From: an uncultured Acidobacteriaceae bacterium
GTDB lineage: Bacteria > Acidobacteriota > Terriglobia > Terriglobales > Acidobacteriaceae
Assembly: GCA_963836295.1 (NCBI GenBank)
Contig: CAWIIY010000004.1
Location: 26,962-90,961 of the forward strand
DNA length: 64,000 nt
Reading direction: 5' to 3'
The notes under the pieces were generated by a model. It had not been told where the DNA came from, did not search any database, and saw only the letters and a list, made by a program, of their open reading frames with translations. The position numbers and the translations under genes were made by a program. Numbering within the stretch: the first letter of the stretch is position 1; every line of letters starts with the position of its first letter. This document shows, piece after piece, positions 48,218 to 56,566 of this stretch.

Positions 48218-48667
48218 TTAATGTGGAGTATCACCAGACGGTGAGGGCGTGTCTGGACTTTCATTTTTCTTGGAGTGGTGGAACGGCTTAGCAATCAGCT
48301 TTCCGGTACCTTTGGCGATCTTGCCGGTACCCTTGGCCGTGCCTACCCCGATATCCTTGCCGGCATCTCCAGCACCTTTGCCGACGTTCTCGGCCGCGCG
48401 AGCAGGATGCAGCGTCACCAGGTCGCCGGTCCTTTACCCACGCCCTCGGCAGCCTTGCCCGCGCCCTCGCCTCCGCCTTTGCCGATATCACCGCTGCCCC
48501 TGCCGATATCACCGCCGGCGCTTGTGCCCCTTGGGTGGGGTTGTGGGCTTGGATTGGGTGGTCTGGGGCTGCGTGGCCGGCACTTGAGTCTGGGGAGAAT
48601 TCTGAGCGTGAGCGACAAGGCCAAACGCCAACGCCGCCAGAAACAGCAATGCGACAGGATTTCTCAT
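48218..48667 (-). CDS. Secreted Gly/Lys-rich low-complexity protein read in three pieces (two frame changes)
   Basis: ATG 48667 has GAGG upstream and gives MRNPVALLFLAALAFGLVAHA...TTPPKG. It continues as ...GDIGRGSGDIGKGGGEGAGKAAEGVGKG (ORF 48415..48624), then ENVGKGAGDAGKDIGVGTAKGTGKIAKGTGK... (ORF 48218..48418). The first and third pieces share a frame. Confidence 0.45.
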
Positions 48668-48837
48668 AAACTACCTCGTTAAGGTTAGATGTCAGCGGCA
48701 TCAGCCTGGCCTACCCTTTCGACAGGTCTTTGAACCACATTCGCAGTCTGTTCCGGGCGCTTTTTCTTCCGTTTTTTTCTCCTGTGCTGGTTTTGAGCAC
48801 GGCAGCGATGGCAAAATTGGAAAATGCTGTCCCGCAA

Positions 48838-48859
48838 TTGGGCAACAGTTGGGCAACAG
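48838..48859. repeat. Perfect tandem duplication TTGGGCAACAG x2
   Basis: Read directly, about 65 nt upstream of the tRNA fragment. Confidence 0.8.
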
Positions 48860-48922
48860 AAACGAACGATTCGCAACTTCCCGTTGCGGTAAACTAATGT
48901 AGTCCAACCTGTTACGACGAGT

Positions 48923-48961
48923 GGCCCTGTAGCTCAGATGGATAGAGCAGCGGTTTCCTAA
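48923..48961 (+). pseudogene. 5' half of tRNA-Arg(CCU), truncated in or just after the anticodon loop
   Basis: GGCCCTG-TA-GCTC-AGATGGATA-GAGC-A-GCGGT-TTCCTAA folds as acceptor, D-arm, anticodon stem and loop. The next bases ATGCT cannot pair with GCGGT. I found no T-arm and no CAGGGCC acceptor 3' strand downstream. Confidence 0.6.
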
Positions 48962-49051
48962 ATGCTCTGAATGACGCTACGCGACGTAACCCCAATCACT
49001 TACAGTCGTGCTCGCGCACCAAAAAGCACGCAATGTGACATCAGTAGTCAG

Positions 49052-49228
49052 TTACAGGACACCCCATCGGACACTAGCCCCGCCCCTTGGGGGCACCCTC
49101 AAAGCCGAAAAAGACCCCCGCCCACGTTTAGGGTCGCCCCTTTTTGTGGGAACCCAACCATGCGCGTTGGGATCAGCCAGCGTGGCGCCGTAATAAACGA
49201 ATTCGCGTTCGATGACTTGGATTTTCAC
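49052..49228 (-). CDS. Small hypothetical protein (58 aa)
   Basis: GTG start with GAAGGAGG 6 nt upstream; VKIQVIEREFVYYGATLADPNAHGW... then an Arg/Gly/Pro-rich tail. No family recognised. Confidence 0.3.
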   Translation of the reverse strand: MKIQVIEREFVYYGATLADPNAHGWVPTKRGDPKRGRGSFSALRVPPRGGASVRWGVL

Positions 49229-49587
49229 TCGGCACCTCCTTCTCTGTAGGTTGTCAGGATTAGTGAAAAGTCGTGCCACAGTTGTTGAAAAAACGAAGAT
49301 CTCTTCGCCGACAAAGGCGCGCATGACTCTTCCAATCTGCATGACTTGTGTGAAAGCTGAGATCGCGCACGGTTTTCGGCAACAACAAGAGCGACAATGC
49401 AGGTGTCTGGGGCTAGGCCGAAGGATCCCGGCAACCCTTAGAGCGAAAGTGAGTCGTTTAACTGTTCTCTCGTCGTCTTCTCTGCTCAGCAGACCTTGGT
49501 GGACCTTCCCTCTAAACGTCGCCGTCGAGGCAGTGGAAAAGTGGAAAGCATTTTGTGCTTTCCAAGCGCAGCGGCTTTTCCACGCTC

Positions 49588-49993
49588 TCATCCGGCTGCC
49601 GAGGGCAGCGGTGGGTGGCTACTGGACAGCACGGCCCAAGCAATGCGGGCCAGCTTGTTAGCAATAGCGACCACGATTTTATTGGGTGGTGCATGCCGGG
49701 CGAGCCGGTATATGCTATCGGCCCGAGTACGGGCAGTTGGCCGAACGGGGACTTTCACCTCGCAAGATTTGTAGTTTGCTCCTCTCAATGAGGGGGTTCA
49801 CCCCAGCGTACTGGAAATTGTGGCTGTGAAGGGATCCAGTTTGGTCCGGATTCAACGGGGGCCGCTGCAAGCCTTTTTGGGGAATGTCTCGTATTCCCAT
49901 CCGACTGCTGGACTTCAAATAGGGGACTTCCATCGCCCGGCAATCGAATATGCAGAGTGCTCCATAGACCTGTGAACATCGGTTCATCTTCAC
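49588..49993 (-). mobile_element. IS110-family transposase remnant (C-terminal domain only, frameshifted)
   Basis: Across three frames: LPGDGSPL...SPKRLAA, then FQYAGVNP.ERS, then NKIVVAIANKLARIAWAVL. Order and spacing match the Transposase_20 domain. The N-terminal DEDD domain is absent. Confidence 0.45.
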
Positions 49994-50008
49994 CGCCTGG
50001 GCGCCGTA

Positions 50009-50503
50009 TTACCCTCCAGAGATCGCCCCCACGGCAATATCGATCATGTCCCCATCGGATATCGGCAGCGCGCTAAACGCGCTCGCAGGAATTACCTCGT
50101 TGTTGACCGCTACAATGAAATGGTTGATGTTCCGGTTCCGAAAGGTCTTAGCAAGACATTCTTCGCGCCATTTCGTTAGGAGAGATTCCAGAGTGTTAAT
50201 CTCCCAAACATATTCGTGTGTATTGATGCGCACCCTCTTTAGCTTCGTTTCGTATATACGAGCAGGGCTCATAACTTCGCCGTGTTCTTTTTCCACTGGC
50301 AATCCGAGCTTTTCTCTTCGTTTATTGGCACAGTTGAAGCACAGTGCCCCATCATTGACCGCCCGGCCGATGTACAACGATGCTGCCGCGGTCCACGGCC
50401 GCACCTGGGAAGCATTCTGCGGAAGCGTCTGACCCCCGCAATCCACACACTTCAGGAAATGTTTCCGGGTGTTACGTAGCATGATGGAGGGAGATTCACT
50501 CAT
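50009..50503 (-). CDS. Zinc-ribbon + ThiS/MoaD-like beta-grasp protein ending in Gly-Gly
   Basis: CVDCG...CFNCANK (four Cys). C-terminus FIVAVNNEVIPASAFSALPISDGDMIDIAVGAISGG-stop. Confidence 0.7.
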   Translation of the reverse strand: MSESPSIMLRNTRKHFLKCVDCGGQTLPQNASQVRPWTAAASLYIGRAVNDGALCFNCANKRREKLGLPVEKEHGEVMSPARIYETKLKRVRINTHEYVWEINTLESLLTKWREECLAKTFRNRNINHFIVAVNNEVIPASAFSALPISDGDMIDIAVGAISGG

Positions 50504-51029
50504 GGCATCTCATCCTAGTGCGCGCCCCCCGGCCGATCACAATGGAAATCTGGTCGCCATCCGAGATCAGCACAGAGCTGAAGGCGTCTGCGGGAATCAC
50601 TCGGTCGTTTACGGCGACACGCCACCACCTGCTATCTGCTTTCTTGTACTCGTCATAGAAATACTGATCTTTCCATTTCTCGATGACGGATTCCAACGTG
50701 GTGACGTTCCAAGTGTATTCCCACTGATTGACGCGTATTGTCTTGAGAGTCGACTCATTTGAAGAAGCGAGAACTGGACGCTCCGACTCCCTGTTCAAAG
50801 TATGACCGTTATCCTGTTCTAGAGGCAGGCTGAGCGGCGCCCTGCGCTTATTCGCACAAGTAAAGCAGAGCGCTCCGTCATTGACAGCCCCGCTGATATA
50901 CAACGACGCTGCCGCGGTCCAGGGCCGCTCGTTGGAAGCATTCTGCGGAAGCGTCTGACAGCCGCAGTCAACACACTTCAGAAAATGTTTACGCGTGTTA
51001 CGAAGTGATGTGGGTGGACGTTGACTCAT
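50496..51029 (-). CDS. Paralogous zinc-ribbon + ThiS/MoaD-like protein (C-terminus ambiguous at a G6 run)
   Basis: Same N-terminal module (CVDCG...CFTCANK). C-terminus RVAVNDRVIPADAFSSVLISDGDQISIVIGRG... passes through the homopolymer at 50525-50530. Confidence 0.65.
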   Translation of the reverse strand: MSQRPPTSLRNTRKHFLKCVDCGCQTLPQNASNERPWTAAASLYISGAVNDGALCFTCANKRRAPLSLPLEQDNGHTLNRESERPVLASSNESTLKTIRVNQWEYTWNVTTLESVIEKWKDQYFYDEYKKADSRWWRVAVNDRVIPADAFSSVLISDGDQISIVIGRGARTRMRCHE

Positions 51030-51047
51030 GGTGTCTACTCCCAGCTG

Positions 51048-53415
51048 TTACATCGCAGCAACCATGCGTTTGATCAGCGCTTTTATTTCCTGCTTCTTGT
51101 AGCCGTTGTCCTTCATTGCGCAGCATCCATGCAGAGCAGCATCAGCGGCCTTTTCAGCCAGTTCAGTCGAGGGTTTCTGGCCGATAAGTAGGCACTCGGC
51201 TTCTTCCCTGCGAAGCGGAACAGGCGCGACTCCACCCAGGACGAGTCTTACGTCCTTGGTCACGCCGTCTTCTAGTTTGTAGACGTAGGCCAAGCTGGCG
51301 ATAGCAAAATCGATCGATTTGCGGACACGGAATTTGTCGTACTTCATGGTGTAGCCTTGCGGCACGGCGAAGCGGATCGCTGTCACCAGTTCGTCCTGGT
51401 CGAGCATATCTTTCACTGCCAGTCTGGTAGTGAAGAGGTTGGCTGCATCGACAACCCTCTTCGTGGTGACGATCTGGGCATCCAGCGCTATCAGCACGGG
51501 AGAAATATCCGAGGCGTTGACAGAGTAGCAGCCGCAGTTCATGCAGCGAGCCGCTTCCGCCAGGCACTCTTCCGTTGTGATCGTGGAGCTGTCTTCTTTA
51601 TCAAGTGCGCGCTCGCTGACGGAAAGCTCCTTATCCCCATCCCCGATCGCTTCTGCTTTCTTCGCGCCTTCGGGATCGAACTTCAGAAAGCCGTTTTGCA
51701 CGTGCGGCTCGGGCGCACCTCCGCCAAGCTCCTGGTTTATCGCCTCGGCAGCGTTGCGTCCGGTACGGATGGCCATGATTACCGTGGAGGAGCCGGTGAC
51801 AACATCGCCACCGGCGAAGACGCCGCTGCGGCTGGTTCGTCTGAGTGCATGGCTCGACCTTGATGAGTCCCCGGTTTAGCGCGAGTTTGTACTTCTCCTC
51901 GATAAAGGAGAGGTCTACCTTCTGACCGGCAGCCAGCAGCACGGAGTCGCAATCCACAGTGATCTTGGAATGGCGATCGTATTGTGGAGCGAATCGGTGT
52001 TCCGCATCGAAGACCGAGGTGCAGGTCACGAGTTCCATGCCACGAACTTTTTCGCTTTCATAGATCAGACGCGAAACGCCGTAGCCATTCCTGATAACGA
52101 TGCCTTCTTCTACGGCGCGGGCAATTTCTTCCGCGCTGGCAGGCATTTCCCACGCCTGTTCAAGGCAAGCCAGGGTCACCGACTTCGCGCCAAGGCGTTT
52201 CGCGGTGATTGCGACGTCCATGGCCACGTTGCCGCCGCCGACGACCAGCACGTTGTTGCGCTGCTTCTTGTTAATCCAGAGACTGACTTCTCTGAGGAAA
52301 TCCAGACCGAATTCAGTGAACTCCTCGCCGTCGAAACCGAGCGCCGGACGCTTCCACGCGCCCGTAGCGTAGAACACCTTGTCGTAGGAAGCTTCGAGCT
52401 CTGCCGTAGTGACGTCCTTGCCGACACTAATGTTTGTCTGGAATGTGACGCCCATTTCTTTGTAAGCGTCGATGACGTTCTTTACGTAGTGCTTGGGCAG
52501 ACGGTAGGCAGGGATAGCATAGGTCAACATGCCACCTGGCTCTTCCATTTTGTCGATGACGGTGACGGTGTGTCCTGCTTTGCGCAGGTAGTACGCAGCA
52601 GAAAGGCCTGCCGGACCTCCACCGACGAGGGCAATTTTTTTGCCCGTCTCAGTTTTCGGCGCCGCATAGAAGATCTCGAGATTCTCAAGGATATAGTCAC
52701 CAATGACCCGCTCAACTGCGTGAACGGAAACAGACTGATCCGTTGTCCTGCGGTTGCAGCCATCCTGGCAGAAGTGGGCGCAGACACGCGAAGTGATCAT
52801 CGGGAGTGGGTTCGCCTGCATCAGGATGGCCGCGGCTCCCTTCAGGTCCCCAGCGCGCAGCTTTTCCATGTAACCAGGGATATTCGTGTTCCCTGGGCAG
52901 CTCACCGTGCAAGGCGTGGCGGCGGCCTTCATGCCGCCGAAGATGGAGTGATAGCGGTTATCGCCGCGGATTGCATAACACTCATCTCCGCCCTTGCGCA
53001 TGCAGTCGTAACGGTCACCGATCTCATGGGGATAGCGGTAGAACCAGCAGCGAACATCCTGGCAGATATTGCCGCCGATCGTGGCAAGATTACGTATGAT
53101 CGGCGTAGCCACGGAATAAGCGGCCTCGGCCAACATCGGAACTTCGGCCTTGATCGTCTCCGATTCGGCGATCGTCACCAGCCGCGTCAGGGCGCCGATC
53201 TCGATCTGCCCGTTTTCGCACTTGATGTAATCCGCACCTTCGATCCCCTTCAGGCTGATGACCGTTTCCGGGTAGTCTTTGAGTAGTCTGCCCTTGAGGA
53301 CGCCCAGCAGGTCGGTGCCGCCGGCCATTACCACGGTTTTCCCTTTTGCGCTCTCCTGCATTGCGGCGGCGCAGTTTGCGAATGATTCAGCTCGCGCGTA
53401 CTCGAACCGTTTCAT
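51048..53415 (-). CDS. Chimeric flavoprotein subunit: CoxM/XdhB-type FAD-binding domain + GltD-like [4Fe-4S]/NAD(P)H module + CO-dehydrogenase-flavoprotein C-terminal domain (1-nt frame change at 51825)
   Basis: MAGGTDLL and ATIGGNI; then CPGNTNIP...SRVCAHFCQDGC, KIALVGGGPAGLSAAYYL, VLVVGGGNVAMD. The extra base at 51825 joins to GVFAGGDVVTGSSTVIMAIRTGRNAA... (ORF 51048..51776), ending with LVTAIRF...DFAIASLA...VLGGVAPVPLR. Confidence 0.75.
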
Positions 53416-53428
53416 GATGAATCCTTCC

Positions 53429-55751
53429 TTAAGCCTTGCCGAGGGCGTTAAGTACAACAGGCGGGGTTGCGGGATATTCCTTGATGTCAGCACCGATTGC
53501 GTTTGAGATCGCCATTAACGCCGCACTCGCCAGCGCGGCACCGGAAATCTCACCGATACCAAGTGCTTTGAACATGAAGGTGTCGATCTGCGACTCCATC
53601 ACGAAGCCGTCGTAGGGTGGGATTTCATTGAAGGTCATTCCACTTGTAGTCGATCATGCTGCTCGCGAGCAGGCGACCCGTGGAGGGATCGAGGTTGCAG
53701 TCCTCAAAGATCGCGGTATCGAGGCAGGCAGAACCGATGCCGCCGTGGAGCTGCATTTCGAGTGTTTTCGAGTCGATGATCTGACCGATATCAGTGCCAC
53801 CAGCCAGCTTGAGAATCTCGGAGTGACCCGTTTCCAGGTCAACCTCAACTTCAACGAACACCGCGATACAGCTTGGGCAATCGAATTTCTCAACGTGCTT
53901 GCCGTAACCAACGATGGAAAGCTCTCTGTCGGCCAGCCTGCTGACTGAAATTTTGATCTCCGGCGTGTCGCGCACGAAGACGACCATGTCTCTCATGTCG
54001 AGTTGGTCTACGGGGCGATCCAGCTTAATGGAAGCAATCTCCATCGCCTTCTTCTTCGCGTCCAAAGCAGCCTCGCTCACCGCCTTGCCTATGGTGATGG
54101 TGCCGCGAGACCCGCACAAGCCGAAGTTAGAGGGGTTGTTCCGGCTGCCAGGATCGGTGATCGAGACCCACTCATAGGGGCAGTTCAGCACTTCCGCGAC
54201 GACCTTGCAGGCGTTGCTCCTCTGCCCCATGCCGGATTCGGTGATGTCGCACTCGACAATGACAGATGAACCTCCACCGCCGACGTTCGATACGTCCAGA
54301 TCGGGAATGATACGGACGATCGCTTCGGTGTTGTCTTCCTGAATGTCGCAGTTGCCGATGACGCCCATGCCCACGCCGCGAGCCTTGGTGCCGTTGACGG
54401 ACGTCGGCTTGAGCCATCCCTTCCACTTTTCGGACCAGCCGAACCGGTCGGCGGCTGCCTGCATGACCTCCGGGAAGAACAACGAGGAACGGCTCTTATA
54501 AACGCGGCCGTCACGCCAGATGTATTTATCGCCAGGGGAGACGTAGTTCTTCTTGAAGACGTCGAGGGGGTTGAAATTACCTTCCCGCATAATCGCGCAC
54601 AGCAGTTTCTCAAGGCAGCTATTCAGTTCCTGACCACCGTACCCGCGGACGATCCCAGCCTGCTGGCGGTTGGTGACGGCAATATGGCTGTCGAGAAACC
54701 AGTTCTCGCACTTGGCGAGCACGAGCTGAGCTTCGCCCAGACCTACGCCGATCTGACCCTGGGTCGAGTTGCAGACGCAACCGACATCGACCAGCCAGTC
54801 GCCTTTAACGGCGGTGACGATACCTTCCTTATTCGCGGCCATCGTGGCTTTGATCGTGCTGCCCAAGCGGACTTCATAGGTCATGAGCTGTTCGGCTTTG
54901 CTCAATACGACCTTGACCGGCCGTTTCGTTACATTCGCCAGCATGGCGGCGGAAACGGCGGCGTTCAGCATCGTCTGCTTGTTACCGTAGCTTCCACCAA
55001 CGTTGAACGTGTTCACGTCAATCACTGCGCCCGGCACGTAGGCCTGCATCAAGAGCTTCATGATGTGCGAGCTCTGCGAGGATGCCCACACCGTATAGTG
55101 CGTCCCGCCGTCGTACCGGGCGATCACCGACGGTGTCTCCGGAGCTGCCGGGCACGGCATCCTTGAAAATTCGATCTTGTCGTCTGCGACAAAGTCGGCT
55201 TCGGCGATGGCCTTGTCGGGATCTCCTCTCTTGACCTGCCAGAAGGGCCCATCCGGCTGGAAGTAGGGGCAACCGGGGTCCACCAGGTTGCCGGGAAAGC
55301 GTTCGTATAACTGTGGAGCGCCTGGCTTAAGGGCGTCCTCTGCCGTAAAAACAGCCGCAAGCTGCTCGTACTCGACCGTGATCAGATCAACGGCCGCTTC
55401 GGCGATCTCCATTGTGTCGGCAGCAACGATCGCTATTTGGTCGCCCACATGAAAGGCCTTCGATTCCAAAACGCGCCGGTGTACCGGCCAACCGAGAGCT
55501 GCCAGGAACGGCGCGTTTTCGTGGGTGATGACCGCGCGGACGCCTTCCAGCGCTTCCGCCGCGGAGGTGTCGATCTTCACGATTTTGGCGTGCGGGTAAG
55601 GACTCCGCTTCGTCCTTCCGTACAACATCTGCGAAAGCGAGAAGTCGTCCAGAAAGCGCGCTTTGCCGGTGACGATGTCGCGGGCTTCTTTTCGAGGTGA
55701 GTATTTGCCGATGTGACGATAATTCGGCTGTCTAACATCGCGGTATTTCAT
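53429..55751 (-). CDS. Molybdopterin-binding large subunit of a xanthine dehydrogenase/aldehyde oxidase-family hydroxylase (1-nt frame change at 53639)
   Basis: N-terminal a/b-hammerhead pattern (IGKYSPRKEARDIVTGKARFLDD...YGRTKRSPYPHAKI). The C-terminal 69 aa (...FKALGIGEISGAALASAALMAISNAIG...) sit in ORF 53429..53638 after one extra base. Confidence 0.85.
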
Positions 55752-55767
55752 CGCCATTCCCTTTTCG

Positions 55768-56421
55768 CTAATCGAGCGAATGCTTGCAAATATGTCCGGT
55801 CGCGTAAGGACTGGGATACAGTTCCTGTCGAATCGGAATCGGGTCCTCGGCCAGATCATTGGCCCGGACGATCGTCGAGAGTTCCGCGTCCGTGTTGCCC
55901 GCGAGTTTGTTCAAGGCTCTCAAGACTGTGTAGTGGCTGATGCAGCGGCAGAAATTGCCGGCAAGAGCTTCCTTGATCTCATCCGGCGTCGGCTGGGCCT
56001 TCTTCAGGAAGAGAGCTTTCGCGACCATGATGATGCCCGGGGTGCAGAAGCCGCACTGGAAAGCGTATTCATCGATAAATGCCTGCTGGATCGGATCAAG
56101 ACCCTTCCTGGCATCTTCCAGTCCCTCTATAGTGGTGATGTTCCTACCGTCCATTTCGACCGTCAGCGTCATGCAGGCGGCAATAGCATCTCCGTCGGCA
56201 ATGACGGCACAGCAACCACAGGCACCGGCTCCACACGATTCCTTCGAGCCGGTCAACTGCAGCCGTTTGCGAAGTGTTTCAAGGAGTGTTTCGGAGGGCG
56301 AAATGTCGCCCGCGCCATCGCCGACAGAGAACTTGTATCTTCTGTCGTTTATGTTCAGGGTAATCGATTCAGGCGTAACTAATTTGCTGCTGTTTTGAGA
56401 AACCACACCGCTCGTGACCAT
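55768..56421 (-). CDS. [2Fe-2S]-binding small subunit (CoxS/XdhC-iron-sulfur type) with N- and C-terminal extensions
   Basis: CGAGACGCC and CGFCTPG...NFCRC motifs; AAGGAAG lies 6 nt before the ATG. Confidence 0.85.
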   Translation of the reverse strand: MVTSGVVSQNSSKLVTPESITLNINDRRYKFSVGDGAGDISPSETLLETLRKRLQLTGSKESCGAGACGCCAVIADGDAIAACMTLTVEMDGRNITTIEGLEDARKGLDPIQQAFIDEYAFQCGFCTPGIIMVAKALFLKKAQPTPDEIKEALAGNFCRCISHYTVLRALNKLAGNTDAELSTIVRANDLAEDPIPIRQELYPSPYATGHICKHSLD

Positions 56422-56566
56422 AAGAACTTCCTTAGAGGAAATATGAACAACTCACGCCGGAGAAGTGCGAGCCATGCTGAGGGCAATGCTTGCATGTTGC
56501 GAGCAGGACTTCTACAAGAGCGGGCTGGGTTGCCGCAGTCACTAGGTACTTCCCTGTGCCCGGTTT

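Noticed and set aside
48955-49300. A group I intron in the anticodon loop of tRNA-Arg(CCU); such introns are known in bacterial tRNA-Arg, tRNA-Ile and tRNA-Leu genes.
   Set aside because: I could not find the required 3' exon (ACCGC anticodon-stem strand, GGTTCGA-type T-arm, CAGGGCC acceptor strand) anywhere downstream. The sequence after the break also lacks recognisable group I core elements. Truncation is the simpler reading. A covariance-model search would settle it.
50009-51029. The GG-ending Ubl pair as a bacterial ubiquitination-like antiphage system (Bil/CBASS-Cap2-type).
   Set aside because: No E1, E2, JAMM/DUB or effector gene is adjacent. The genes are embedded at the 3' end of a metabolic operon. 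A cofactor or sulfur-carrier role fits the context better. This cannot be excluded without searches.
51048-56421. A selenium-dependent molybdenum hydroxylase locus (YgfK-like GltD module next to an XDH-type enzyme).
   Set aside because: No selD, yqeB/yqeC-like or other accessory genes are in the window, and the GltD-like part is fused inside the FAD subunit rather than being a YgfK-type protein. Left as an unassigned XDH-family enzyme.
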